From positions 21,330,001 to 21,394,000 of the forward strand of contig OZ076409.1 of the NCBI GenBank assembly GCA_964187785.1: a DNA stretch of 64,000 bases. The letters run 5' to 3'. Below are positions 22,901-36,081 of this stretch, piece by piece. Source of the DNA: Amphiscolops sp. MND2022. Its lineage: Eukaryota. Both the position numbers and the translations under genes were made by a program. The first letter of the stretch is position 1. Each line of letters opens with the position of its first letter. The notes below the pieces were generated by a model that had not been told where the DNA came from, did no database searches, and worked only from the letters and a program-made list of their open reading frames with translations.

Positions 22901-25900
22901 CAGTATGTTTTGAAAAGATTCTTTTTTGTAAGACTTTTTATCGTAGATTTCTTTCATGAAAACTTTTGGCGAGGGTTCCAAATTGATATTACTAATTACA
23001 GAAGTCGCAAAATGATCGATTGGTTTATTAGCTGATGTACGGAACGGGGTGTCAGATACAAATGATGAAAAGGAATGAGCATTATAGTGATCCGTGATAA
23101 TGTAATCTATCAATGACCCCGATTTATTGCTTATTCTGGTTGGTTGATCAGTATTGATTGTTGTTAACCCATAGGGCAATATAACAGTCTCAAGATCTTC
23201 TTTTTCTCTTTGGTTCAGATAATTTATGTTGTAATCGCCCATCATTGTCAGTGGTTTATTTTCGACAATTGCATGATCAATACTTATGGATAACTCTTCA
23301 AGAAATTGATGGTAATGTTTTTTTCGGATTGTAGCTAATATTTATCAACTGCTTCTTCTTGTTGGAAGTACTATTATTCAAGCTGCATTCGATCCAGAGA
23401 CTTTCAAAAAGTTCTTTATTCAAATAGTTTAAATCGTTCCGCGTTTTGGGATTAAGGCATGCAGGAATTATTAGCATTACTCCTCCACCATTTTCTCTAT
23501 TTGGTGCTTCTCTATCAGTCCGAAATGTTTTGAAATGAGTTGGGTTTATTTGCCATAATTTCTTGTCATCACTGGTTTTTAGCCATGATTCTGAAAAACC
23601 AAAAATGGTGTTTGCACCAAGATCGTTGATGAGATTTTCGAGTGTCGATCTTTTTTTAAGTAAACTTTGTGCATTTAGGTGGAAAAACTTCAAACTCCTA
23701 TTATTCTTCTTGAACAAGGTTGTTAAATACTTGAAGTTTATTAGTGGTCCTGGATTTATTTCAAAGTCGCCGCTCAAAGAGAGTTTCCATTAAAAAAACA
23801 TGTTGAAAGTGGTTCGCAATCTTAAAAAACTAGGCTCACCAATTGATGCTTGTTTCAATTTATTCCAAAAGAGGAATATTTTTTTGATCAGTGGAGAGAT
23901 TACGGATATAAAAAAATGATTAGGCTCAAAATGTTTGCACTTGGATTTTAGTTCGTATCTCATTGGGGATCGTCCATTCATTGGTTGCACAGGCATTTCT
24001 TTTGATACTAAGAAATTAAGTATTAGACCAAAAAGAATGAAAAACTTTAGGCTTTTTTTTCATTTTTAAGGTTAGGAATGCCCGTGCTCCGATTGAAGTT
24101 GAACATCATTCAATTCAGTTATCACGCGTCGCCCGTATAGTGGAATGTAGTCAGTGGTTGATGATGATAGTATTGATATTGATTCCTGTGTGTATATTTC
24201 GGGTACTTTGTATTTTGTCTCCAATAACTTGAATTTGGACGATAGTAGGTTGTATTGATTCGGGGCAGATTATTAGAATACCAGGTGATGTATTTCATTA
24301 AGCTATTTCGTATTAGCGGTAAGCCCAACTGGAAGTTGAAATGAATGTCATCGAAGTATAAAGTTTCCGGATTTTTGAAGGACTTTACTTGCTTGTTCAG
24401 ATCAATTATTTGAATATTTTCACCATCTCCATAATGCTCATGTAATAAGTTGTTCCACTCCTCAATTCTACAATTAGCGATTTTGTTCCTCTCATAAATT
24501 CGCAGTGGTGGAGTCTCGCACAGGAATAATTTTTTCGGCTCGAATTTCCGGATGGCTTCTGACACAAGAGCTTGGAAGTTTTCGAATAGTTCTGAGACAT
24601 TCTTCTCCCGATTTTTGAGAATTGTATTTGTTCCGTCTTGAATAGTCAAAGATTGCAAAGGCCTTTTCACGCTATAATGGCGTAGCAGTTCAAGTTTCTG
24701 ACTACTAGTAGATCCCGAATAAGCATGAATTTCTACATCTTCGGGCAAGGACTTATTGGGTATTCGTTTTATGATACTTGAACCAATTATCAAATTTTCA
24801 GTACTGCTGTTGACTGGCAGGGAGTTCATTGGTTTTACTAAGTGTTTTGCTGTCTGTTCTTTTCGGTCTGGTCTTTTGTCTTCATTGGGTTCTTTATTCT
24901 CTGTAGAAAAATTGAAATTTTTAACTAACAATTTGTTGGTGTCGTCCATTCTGGCTAACAATTGGGTAAGTAGCATCTTCAGGGAATCGTGCTCGTTTTT
25001 TTGCTGATAAAGGTCGGTGTAAATCGAATATGATTCTTTTTTATTTAATTTCTCATAGGTTTCAAAAGATAACATTGTCGATAACTGTTGTGATGATTGT
25101 TCGTTTCAAAGCACAGGCTCAATGTTTTATTTTTGCATGAAAAACTTTAGATGCGACTGTGTGCAAACAAATCAAACGCGCGTTGAAAAAAAAACAAATC
25201 AAACGCGCGATTGGAGATATTCCTGGGAGATATTCAAAACGCTGAATAATTCAAACACTAAAGCAATAAATGAAACATTTTATATTTTTATTTATAGGCA
25301 AAGGCTAATTTTCTGCGCGAAATCATTCCAATTTACAAATAGTTCTCAAAAAGGTTTTTAGCAGTTATGGTCGATCATCAGTTAAGTCGGAATACAAAAT
25401 ACTGAAATGAAGCAATGAGCACACACACAAAAACACAATAATTGGAAATTAATAATTAAAAATAATTATTAACTAGAAAAGAATCTCACCGGGTGTCCAT
25501 TTCTATTTTCATGAGAGCCTTTTCGTTCTCACTCTCCCGGTATTTTCGTTTCAGATGCACCACTGACTTTTCCAAATTCTAAACGGAACAAATTTGATTA
25601 ATTTCACTGAAGTTTCGCTCATAACGACTGTTTTTACAACGAACGCTGAATTGGATCACACAGTTTCGAATTCAAAACACTCTTCAGGAAAATAGACATT
25701 GTCAAAAATGAACTAATTTAGAGATTTAATTTTTTCTATCGATCTTCTTCAAAAATGACATTTTGTAAAAACGGAGTCCCTATGGACGCATAGCATAGAA
25801 ATTTGAACCGAAAGTAAAGTGGTATTTCAAACAAAAAGAACCACTAACGGAACATAACTCTTTGTATTGACGGATAGTGTCTCTAGCATTTTCATCCGAC

Positions 25901-28900
25901 GACTCAACATTTCGCTTCATGATCGCTATACTCTCCAGTGTCGAATCCGCGTCACTCTCTTCAGAAGCAGCTATGGACCCTGAGCTGTAAAGAAACTAAA
26001 TTACACTTATAAAACAACCCAGCTCTTCAGCTAGAGGTAGCACAACAGGTAAATATTTCGGTCGAAGACTATGATTAAGAAGAAAAAAACGTACATTTAT
26101 TACAATCGGGAGAAAATGCTCAGCGGCTCATTTCAGGTACTCTGCTTTTTTCAAAAAAGAAAAAAATCGACTTCAAAAAATTTTAAAAAGGAAAAAATCA
26201 ACTCGAGTGAAAACTCATTTTCTCCAGCCTAGGTTAGTAAAGAGTAAGTAGAACATAACCATTTGTGATATTCATCATGACTTGTATTATTTTGGATGAA
26301 GATATTCAGAAGAAATGGTATTCTCAAACATGATTGGACAAAAAATAAAATTCAAGAAAAACGGAAAAACACCCAACAAAAAGAGGGACGGACACAATTC
26401 TTTGAGAGAGTGAAGAAACCAACTGAAGAGAGAGAAAACAAAAATGGAAAACGATTGAATTATTTCTCCTCATAATATAAATCAATGCTCATCCATTATT
26501 TTATCATTGAGTGAAATAGAATATCAATAAATGAATTGAACCTAAACGCTTTCGCCTAGAAAACCACTCGAGCTACTTTAAAACACCATTATTTCATCTT
26601 AAAACTTCTAATTAAGTGCTGATTCTCGCTCGGGGAATGACTTTTAGATGCTATCAAGAATGGCACTTTCATATTTTTTGGGTAAGCAAAAAAAATGTCG
26701 GACAAAAAGTTTAATATGGGAAACTCTGGTATAAAATCCACTTGAGAGGATAGGATCCTCATGCATAGCGGAGAATTCATTCATTTTGCATTTTCTCATG
26801 TAGTTGATGTCGAAGAGATTTCACACGGTGAAGATTGATAATGTTTCAATTTCAGACCAAAAAAATCTTTAAACCTTTGTACGGTAAAAACCAACCTACA
26901 CTGTGCAGCTTAGTTATGAACTTTTTTCGGGTCCCACCCAACAAAGTAAATGAATAATAATCACCGGACATTTTTCATTTTGGGAAAAACGGCTAGCTTA
27001 CCAGTCGCGGGCCATCTGATTCTGCTGCTGAGCCAAAGACGTTATCTTCAGTTTCAAGTTATCGATGGCCTCTTCGTAATGGTCAATCATAGATAATATC
27101 CTGAAAAATCATCCGGTGAAAAACAGATCATGTCGATTCAATTATAATAGAAATGACGCCATCAACTAACTTCCGGTCGGATATTCGCTCGCCACGGGAA
27201 CACTGGGACTTGATTTCATGGAAAACTCTTTCGTTATCTTGTTCACGTTTTTGGTTCTGGAACAAAAAAATTGAATACGATGCGGAATATGAGTGTGTTA
27301 AGATCATGGTCAGAATAGCCAAACACTCGAGTTGAATCTCCAGAGTTGAAAAATTTAGAATCGAAAATTGCAACAAATTACTTAGAATCGTATTATAGAG
27401 GATCGAAATAGATAATTTCATTATGAAATTAGAAATCAAAGTTGGTTGGATAACTCGGTTTTCATCCTTCCGGGGCCTTTGCGCCCCTCCAGATCGGTCA
27501 TCGTCAAAACCTGCCGCTGATCAAGTAGTGGCACGTCGCTTCGATTCGCTCCAGCACTTAGGACAATATGAGTATAGGTGTTATAGTGAATAAATAAGTT
27601 TTCGTCTTTTTCGATCATAGACAAAATAAGGTCACAATTCGATGCCAAATAAATTTGCTAACTTTTCGATCCTACACAATTCGACTCTGCACAGCAATCC
27701 CTGTTCGAGCACAGGTCTCACAACTCTAATTGAGCGAGACGACAGAAGACTAACCAAACCAACCTTTCGATTGACTTTGTCGAGATCTTGAGTCAAGTGT
27801 TTGTTCATCTGCTCCAACTTGGCACACTTGCTCTTCATGTTGTTGTTCTCATCTCTCAACATGAACATCTTCTCGTTCATCTTCTGAGTTTCCATCACAT
27901 GCACTTCTTCCAGTTCCTGAAACACTGCCGCTACATTGCTGGCAAGTTTGAAAAAAATGAACTCGTTTCCTTCTCTGGGTGAAAAATTTATGCATTTGCC
28001 AGGTTCCGAAAACATCCATTCCGAAAACGTTGAAAATAATCAAAGGAAATAATTTTGAAATTGTTCCACAGTATCAAAAAAATTATACGGGAATCCATAC
28101 TTCAACTAGTTTTGGAACTTCAATTACCACTTTGAAATGCTAGGATAAAACCTAGCATTTCAAGTAAAACAGTTTTCAACTTTGGTCTTCGCTGAGTCTT
28201 GGCTGGAATACTTAGAAGCTAATCAGAGTTGGAAAGGGGTTAATGAGCAAATTCAAAGGCAGCCATCTCAGCAGTTGCCTCACGCCGTCTCCAGGTCATT
28301 TTCTGACTTCAATATTTCGAAACATCACTCAAAAGGAGACAACTTTGGAATTCATATGTACTAGGATTGGCAATGAAATTTAACAGAAAACAGCATCAAA
28401 ATTGTTTTTATCATTTTGAATATTTCTGGCACAAAAGAAATATCACTGCATGCTGGACAATCTGAAGGTATTGTAGTAACTATTACGGGATGAAGTTTAC
28501 TAGAAGCATGTCGAAACTGGGAAAATTAACCAATCAAATTCGAAAATGGGAGCGAATTAACTATTTCAAAGGGGTGATGATAATGATAGACAGCTCACAA
28601 AGGGTTAATTTCTTTCACAGTACTACAATAGTTTTGTTCGAAAATTATGAAATTCAAATATAAACGCGAAAGTACATCATATTATGCTGAACATTCCAGT
28701 ACGTCCCTTTCAGTAGTTTCCCCACTGATCTGAGCAGTCTAATTTGAGCGCTCATTTGTCGATGGATTTCAACAGAGGAACATCAAATCCATAGATAGAT
28801 CGATGATAGGATAACTAAATTTTACTTATTAACTGGCATACTGAACTTGAGATGTCAACGTCATTTTAGTCGGCGTTTTTTGTAACAAAAAGTGCCCGAC

Positions 28901-30089
28901 TGACTCCTAAAGAGGCAAGTTTTTTCGTCAGACTAAATGGTCCACTTTTTACAGACTTTATGCCTAAGGTCTAAAGGGTACCCAAGGAGGCCAATGGGTA
29001 CACCCTTTCAGTACTTTATGGTTTTAAGATATACCTTAGAGGTTTTTCGGCACTGTGCGACTTTTTCGAGAGGAAAGTTTTTCGAAAAATGATTTTTCCC
29101 TTCATTTTGCGTTTTTTTTGATGTTTCATCGGTTTCTCGAGCCCAAAGGGCGCCTGTCAAACTTTTTAACACTCTGAATGAGAACGTCATCTCAGCCATC
29201 CTGAGCATTTTAATGAGACTTTGAGCTTTTTCGGCCTTAAGCGGGACGCCGACTTCAGACTTTTCGGCTTGTTTGTACACGAATTAACTTTAGAACTGAC
29301 CCTGATTTTATTTTTCTGTCTACTCAGAGAAGCTTCCATTCCGCTGACCGTTTTGTTTGAGTGCATTGTTGCTTCTCTTTGCTTTTGCAGCTCATCTCTG
29401 AAACATTGAAGACACTGAGATGTATATGGATTGTAACCTTAAGATTCCAAATATTTAAAAATATATATTTAAAGTTTCCTTCAACGAACTCATTTGCACT
29501 ATTGAAATATCAAAGCCACAGAAAACCATATGCAAGCATTTCCAATAATACAATAATTGGGCCAAAATATTTAGCATAAACAAGAACTTAGAGCGCTTGT
29601 TTTTCATTTGTCCCTGCATTCCACAATTAATATTCTCAGCAAAGCTTGGAATTTGTTACTTCAGATTGCCATCTCAAAGATTCAAGCTGAACGGAATGAA
29701 TATTCTACGACAGAAATATCTACTAACTTGAGTTGAGTATTGCTGCTCAGTAGATCTTGAATTATTGCTTGTCGCCTGTTGTTGTCTTTCAGAAGTTGAT
29801 TTATGATTATTTTCACCGAAAATGCGTTCTTCGTATCAAGACATAACAGTCCTAAAGCAAAGTAGTGCTATTAACATAACATAACACACTGAAAAACGAA
29901 GATACCTGAAAGCATAAACCGTAGATTAAATTGGAAGTGGAAAATTTCCCTGAAAATCTGAATTTGAAAACGTTAACACTGATAAGAGTTGAGGAAATAA
30001 CATTAACCTGTTGGATCGAGTCTCTGCAATCCATGGCATTGAAGGTTCTGATTGATTTCCTCCCAGAAGACTTCGTCCAAAACTATTTC
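13930..30089 (-). CDS. CEP70: Centrosomal protein of 70 kDa orthologue, multi-exon; start exon not identified
   Basis: Phase-compatible GT-AG exons, 5' to 3': 30089-30008, 29851-29728, 29397-29301, 27916-27764, 27256-27171, 27100-27002, 25984-25849, 25578-25490, 19467-19390, 18006-17781, 17210-17061, 16980-16843, 15151-14977, 14557-14440, 14163-14084, 13997-13930 (TAA). Motifs I recognise from CEP70: [71 protein letters not shown]. The middle region is coiled coil. Confidence 0.9.
18347..18508. mobile_element. Tc1/pogo-type MITE
   Basis: TA TSDs; TIRs CAGTCGAACCTC / GAGGTCCGACTG. Confidence 0.8.
19558..20055 (+). mobile_element. Internally deleted hAT transposon retaining the C-terminal dimerisation domain
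   Basis: ORF 19702-19896 VLAVPASDVSMERLFSIAGDVQRPKRSRLS matches the hAT dimerisation motif. TTAGCG subterminal repeats on both sides. Approximate TIRs CAGATTTGAC / GTCAAATCTCTG. Confidence 0.75.
20064..20454. mobile_element. hAT-type MITE
   Basis: 8-bp TSD CCATTGAC (20056-20063 and 20455-20462); TIR AGTGAATTGT / ACAATTCACTG; many CGTGTA subterminal repeats. Confidence 0.8.
20759..23996 (-). pseudogene. LINE ORF2 (2A-like motif + APE endonuclease + RT), with one in-frame stop and one frameshift
   Basis: SGDFEINPGP; APE motifs HLNAQSL, SESWL, GGGV, GDYNIN, PTR, LIDYI, DH; RT motifs QFGFR, DLSKAFD, GVPQGTILGPLLF, YADD. TAA at 23790-23792 and a frameshift near 23310. The segment 20759-23245 is open for 828 aa. 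Confidence 0.92.
24122..25075 (-). CDS. LINE ORF1p with N-terminal coiled coil and SGNH/GDSL esterase-like domain
   Basis: LIIGSSII (block I), YSGSTS, QDGTN (block III), DDIH (block V DxxH). It lies upstream of ORF2, the architecture of esterase-type ORF1 in L2/CR1/RTEX elements. Confidence 0.85.
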   Translation of the reverse strand: MLSFETYEKLNKKESYSIYTDLYQQKNEHDSLKMLLTQLLARMDDTNKLLVKNFNFSTENKEPNEDKRPDRKEQTAKHLVKPMNSLPVNSSTENLIIGSSIIKRIPNKSLPEDVEIHAYSGSTSSQKLELLRHYSVKRPLQSLTIQDGTNTILKNREKNVSELFENFQALVSEAIRKFEPKKLFLCETPPLRIYERNKIANCRIEEWNNLLHEHYGDGENIQIIDLNKQVKSFKNPETLYFDDIHFNFQLGLPLIRNSLMKYITWYSNNLPRINTTYYRPNSSYWRQNTKYPKYTHRNQYQYYHHQPLTTFHYTGDA

Positions 30090-30699
30090 CTGTAACAAAA
30101 TAATCGAATTGTAATTGATGGTCTCTTTTACTGGCATTAGCTCATCGGCGAAAAATAAGGCTATCCAAACGTTGTTGCTGGACAGTGTCCCAATAAAATG
30201 TTTCCAGCATAGAATTTTTCTTCACGTGCTTGTGGTCTCAGTCTCCCAGCTGAGTCCATGGAACCAACAAACTACAAAAAACTTCTATCTACGCCCCGAA
30301 AAACACTTACCCCCTGAAAAATCTCCTTCCAGAAATTTTGGAAAAAAAACTATTTTGGGAAAATCATGATGTATCCAAAAGTTGCTGCCGTGCTTGTCGC
30401 AAGCTATCTCAGTGGGATAATACAATCCCATGCAATTCGAATCAATTTGAATTCCACAACTATCAAACTGTAAAAGGGGGACCCTTTGGGATTTATTAAC
30501 ATCCATTCTGTTGCAAAATATTTAAAAAATTGAAGGAGAGACCCTTTGGTGCAATCAAAAAATTTACGAAAAAAGTTTCACAGTGCCGCAAAAAATCTAT
30601 TTATAAATATATGATATATAATACCCTATCTGCGGGAGGATGTTTTTCAATTCACGTAGTTTTCAACTCTTCATCAATTAATTTAGTCCACTAATTCGA

Positions 30700-33670
30700 T
30701 AGTTTCAGGCTTCTTCGTTCTCGTTTAGCTTCTTGGTTTCCAATATGATCTTTTCCATTTCGTCGCAGTCGTCTTTACATAGCTTCAACTCATCAATTTT
30801 TGGGATCGTTGTAAACGTTGCAATTTAGAAAACAGTGTACAGCAGTTTCTTCTGAAGCTCCACGATCACAAAAGAGTGATGCTTTTTTACTCATTTTCCA
30901 GGTATAGTCAGATAAAGAGAACGAGTTTCCCAGAACAAGCTCACAGATCCTGTTTGCTTCGTATTTTGAACAGGTTAAAAATGAGGTAAAGTGATTTTAG
31001 GTCGGTGTCGTCTCGGTATAACATTTGAGGAAGGAATTGTCCGAAGTGTCCATCAACGTCTCCACATAAGTTCGATGAAATCGTTGATGTTATCCACAGT
31101 GTAAAATCTGTTGTCATTGTTCACAAGATTGACAAATCTCCTAAGATGACTTTCTGAAAGATTAGCAACACTTTTTTGTCGTAATACCGACGAATCATGG
31201 GCCGCTGTGAGAAGATCATTTGCTAATATGACTTTTATGAAGAACTTAACGTTGATACTCGAACTCAATATATCAATAGGTGGTACAACTTTCAATATTC
31301 GGCGAATAGCTATGCTTGAAAACCTTCTAATGAGATAATTTTGTACTCTTTGCATGCAGCAGCGATTTCTTCCAAACCAGATCGGGAAGGCTACAGAAAG
31401 AGGGGAAGAATAGTTGTCTTGTACAGCAGAATCAAAGTAGGAATGGTGAGGCTCCATTTGTTGTTACATAAGAAAGAGATGGTGTTCCTATTCCTGTTTC
31501 CTCTTTCAGCTGTTGCTTCTGCATGTTGTCGGTATGTTAACTGTTTGTCGATTACAATTCCAAGTGGTTTAGTGTGGCTCTTGATTTGGCATGGATCACA
31601 TTTGAGCATAAGAAGTTTAATGTCACTGGCTTCACAATTGAAACGAATAATTTCTGTCTTCCCGCCGTTGACCACCATTCTCCAGGTTGAACACCATCTT
31701 TACACTCTAGCACAAGACTGACCAAGCTTTCGCGTCAGATCGTCTGTGGTTTCGCCTATGACTGACTAATTGAGCTGTCGTCCGCGAATTTGAATATTTT
31801 TGTTCATCGCTGCTGTCAGGCAGTCTGACTTCCTGTTCGACATGTTCAAGGAACCTCTCGTCGTAAGACTGTTTGGACAGATGTTGGAGAGAGAGAACAG
31901 TTTCAAATTGTGTAAAAATTTCGCCTTTTGTGTAAGGAAGTTCACCTGTTTTGTTTATTAGAATTCCAAAAAGTTTGCTGTGTCTAGGTGAATTTTCCAA
32001 GGGTATGTATTTCTCCGACGCATCCAGTAAAAGGTTCGAAAAGGTTTTCCACTGTGTAGTGGAGTTCTCGTCATTCAGATTGATTTCGTCAATACCAGTC
32101 GCAACGTAATCTGTCCAAAGCTTCCTATTTTCGTTTTTAGTTTTTCAGTGAACACAGCAAAATCAACTATAACTGGCAGATGACCTCTTTTGGGTGCTCC
32201 AGTGAAGAGTTCAACATACTTGTCTGTTGTTAGATTATGTTTGTAGTGGTTGACAATTGGTCCGTTGATGATGAGACATAGGTCAATTACACTTGAACCG
32301 TTTGTTGAAATAAAGTTGGTTCACTATTGTTGAGTATGCTATATGTATCCACAATTTTGACCATCTCTTCTAAACGGTTACTTTTTGTGGCGAACCAGTA
32401 TTGATGACGAGCGTTCAGGTCTCCGAAGAATATACAACCATTTATTTTGCTGCCATCAACCAATTCCTTACAGTTTTCCAAAACCTTCATTATGTTCTTG
32501 AGTCTATCTAAGTTCTCTGGTTGTACATAGGCTATTGAAACAACCAATTTCAAACCATTTGACACTTTTGTTAACACTATGTTGTCTACTGAGTACTCCT
32601 CTATTGCTGACAGTCTGGCGTACGGAATTTCTTCATTGAGTAGTACTGCCACTCCACCCAAGTCACGTTTGTGTTCACTAATAGCGTTGTAGTTGTTCAG
32701 AAAATGCAGTTGTAAACAGGCATTCGTTTCGTTCAAGAACACCACATCGGGATCTTTCTCTCGTACATAACGATTCATTGCAATTTTAGAGTGTTCACTT
32801 AGTCCGCAGATGTTAATTTGCATGAAGGTCAGTTTTCGATCATCCATTTTTGAAAGGTATGGGTATTCCACGAGCTTCATGGACGGTACGTATTTGCTTG
32901 ATGTATGCCGGGCAATTAGCATCAGGCTCGTGGTTACCTCTGCAATTGTTACACTTAGCTGGTGTGTTTTTGTTGGTAAATTTGACGATGCTATGTTCAT
33001 CAGCGCAATGTTTGGAAGATTCCTTTGGAAGACAGTTGTGGCCAAACTTCTGGCATTTGTAGCATCGAATGATTCTTATACCTTGTTGTACGAACTCGAC
33101 GGTTTGATTTCAAAAAGCATACAGGAATAAGTCGTCTGATGTGGCCTTGTCGTACAGCAGTTTTGAAGGTAACAAAAATTTCACTGTAAAGCTGTTTTGT
33201 CCGCTTTCACGAATCATCGCGCTTCTACACCGGGAAAGTTGTTGTCAAGATGCTGCTCGATTTCATTGTTATAAAGTTCTAGCGGTATCCCTCTAATGAG
33301 CGCTATTTTCATTGGTTTTATCATCTGCTTTCCGCGCAACAGAACATCCTCCAAAGAATTCAGGGTTCCAGAATTTCAAGACAGTGTCGACCTCTTCCAC
33401 TGTGAGCAATTCCAAGTGTGTGTTACCTCAAGCAATTGTGAAAGCATAAACTTGTGTCTGGATCTCGCGGTGATCGGTTTGTTCACATTACGAACTTCTT
33501 CGTTGGATTTGACATTACGGTCGGGCGGTGCTGTTTCAGCCACGGTTGCGTGGCTTGTAGCTTGTTCTGAATTATCCAGTTTCAATTTGATGGTGAGCAA
33601 ATCCTTTTCCATCGATTCGATTAGTTGCGTTTCGTTTCTTGTTTTCGTGTTTCGTTGTCTTTTTTTCTGT
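30700..33670 (-). mobile_element. Decayed LINE (I/Jockey-like: CCHC ORF1, APE, RT C-terminus; RT core deleted)
   Basis: Zinc-knuckle remnant near 32880-33060 (FGH..C...CNNCRGNH....CP). APE motifs QINICGL, LNET, GGVAV, GDLNARH, EPT in 32287-32850. Post-RT motifs KTEII, LGIVIDKQLTYRQH in 31391-31678. Many frameshifts. Confidence 0.75.
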
Positions 33671-33904
33671 CTCTAGTTAAAATCTAGTTAAAAACACCAA
33701 GATAGCCTGAGGGGGATCTTTGGTATGTTTTCGAGGTTCTGGACGTCGGTTTTGTTTTGGACGAGGTTCTGACGTATCCCGTAAGTTTTGGACATCTGTA
33801 GTTCAAGGTGAACAAATGAACAAAAAAGTGGACCTTACACCTATAAACCAGAGCCGCACATGCGGTAAAGGAGTCGCCTTAAGTCTTTTTCCTTCTGACT
33901 CGCT

Positions 33905-34285
33905 TTCGTTCGAATCGTATGAACAGTTTGTGAGAAAATCGAAAAAATCGAAAAATGACTGTTTTTTGGCCATTTTTGGGCTAATTTTGGCTATGTTTCT
34001 CACATCCCAGCCATACGATTTTGATGTCATTGCACATATAGGACTCTAATATGGTGTAGAATAACTGTAGAAAATTTCGTTCGAATCGTATGGACAGTTT
34101 TTGAGAAAATCGAAAAAAGTCGAAAAATGGCTGTTTTTTGGCCATTTTTGGGCTAATTTTGGCTATGTTTCTCACATCCAGGCCATACGATTTTGATGCC
34201 TTTGCACACGCAGGGGCCCCTTTGGGTGAAGAATGACTGTGCAAAATTTCGTGAAAATCGTATGGACAGTTTTTGAGAAATTTGA
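33905..34285. repeat. About 171-bp tandem repeat (2 full copies plus a partial)
   Basis: TTCGTTCGAATCGTATG.ACAGTTT.TGAGAAAATCGAAAAAA... recurs at about 33905, 34076 and partially 34247. Confidence 0.85.
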
Positions 34286-35322
34286 AATTTTCATGAAAAG
34301 GTCGGGAGAAAAAAACAAAAAAAAACAACACGATTGCATAAGTAGTCGAAAATTTTTTCCGACTCCTAAAAACTAAGTTGGGCACTTTTCTAGACAAGCG
34401 CTGATTAGCAATAGCATATCATTTGGTTTTGTTGCAAAAGGTCTTGTAAAAGGATTTGGTGTTGCCTTTATTTATGGTTCAAGAATTTTTGAGGAAATTG
34501 AATTTTGCAAAAAGGGAATTTTGGCAACGTTAAAATTTTTTCTCAGCGTTAGAGCAAACTTCACTTTTGCTATTGCCGTTCGTGCCAAACAGGGTGCCAG
34601 TACATTGTTGAATAAAAACTGGGCTAGGGAAGATAGCCCAGATTGCTGGGCTGGCTTCTAGCAAAACAAATCAGAAGTTGAAAAAAGTATGCTTCCTTCA
34701 AGTACCGCTATGCTGTTTAGGGTTAAAACAGCCCTAAACACAAAGCATAGTCAGCTTAGAAAGTTTTTGGAAACTCATTTACTTACTAAAAATGTTTTCA
34801 AAATTTCTGCAAGTACTATAAAAAATAGGAAACAGTAAAATTTGACAAAATTTAATAAAATTTGCACTTTTTGACATTTTCAAGAAGGGAAAATGCATCC
34901 AAATCTCCTACGGCTGATATAATTTGAATGAAAAAAATATGAACAAAAATTTCGAAATATAACTATTATAGCCTACCTAAATGTATGTATTACAGTGGTC
35001 ATAGATACAGAATCATGGATATTTTTTCTGGTTCAAAACAAACGTCCAATCAGGACTATTTAATAGTTTCGGGAGACTTTAAGGTGTCTCTCAAGGAAAA
35101 ACATCCCACATCTTCGATTTTAAGCTACTCAAATCTCGAAAAAAATGATTAAAATTTTCTAAAAGTTCAAACTTTCAATTTAGGTCGTTCACAAACATTT
35201 TTCAAACTAGGTAAATTTACAAGAAACTTTTGCAGCTGATAAATTTTTGTTCTTATGAAAGCTTACGAGATATATGAATTTGAATGTCGCCAATTGATTC
35301 ATTGAGCTGTAATTGCGATACC

Positions 35323-36081
35323 TCATTTACAGAAGAGCATTTTCTTTGCGACTCGGTGTTTTATTTTATAAATTAGTCCTCCATATGTCGAGATTTCCAA
35401 ATTTATCTCTAAAGGAACGTCTTTGACACTGCAAGGAGGCTCTGCAGCTTGCAGCGTATCGGCACTATTCAAGTCGATTTGCTGACAAGCCCCCTTCAAC
35501 ACGGTCTACGTCGATGTGCACGGTCCATTTAATAATTGAACCTACAGAATTGAAAAGACTGCATTTTGTTTCTTCAACAATAAATCTTTGAATGAATGGC
35601 TAGCAAAGAAACAAGGTTGAGCGAGACAACATCAGACAAAAATATCCGACTACGACCTCAGTGTATATGCCTTTTGATCGCCCCCGACATTTCTACCGGC
35701 CGGGATGTGTGTGTTTAATTCATCTTTTTGTATTGGCTGACGCACGGTCCTTTTAAGTTTTTTTTCGCAAAGAAGGTGTGAAGCTCAGCTGACATAAAAT
35801 TTATAGTTCACGTTTGGACTTTGTGAGTTGATTTTCATCTTTGAAAAGGCATAAAATACATCAGTGCACATATGTCTCTCCATATTTTCATAAAACACAA
35901 CTTACTTCAGCGTTACTTTGGGAGTCAGTCTCGGGAGCCCTCACTGTCGCTAAAGAAGGGGACGCGGTGTTAGCTGAGCCGTCTACCAAGTTTGCGGAGC
36001 ACAATCCGGTGTTCACATTTGATCTGTCCAAAGCAGTGAGTTGATCGGAAATCACAGTATCTGAATCCATCAGCATTCCAT
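35323..36081 (-). CDS. Possible host exons, product unknown
   Basis: Exon-like 36081-35906 (TGCAG acceptor, GTAAGT donor, phase-0 end) and 35505-35323 (open for 60 codons to TGA). Could be the 3' end of another gene, or the first piece could splice into CEP70. Confidence 0.3.

Larger units (their letters stand above)
20680..25400 (-). mobile_element. Near-full-length L2/CR1-group LINE in a CEP70 intron
   Basis: ORF1 (esterase) followed by ORF2 (APE + RT). Ends are approximate; no TSD recognised. Confidence 0.9.

Noticed and set aside
33905..34285. Possible CRISPR-like repeat-spacer array
   Set aside because: Units are about 171 bp and homologous throughout, with no unique spacers, no cas genes and a eukaryotic context.
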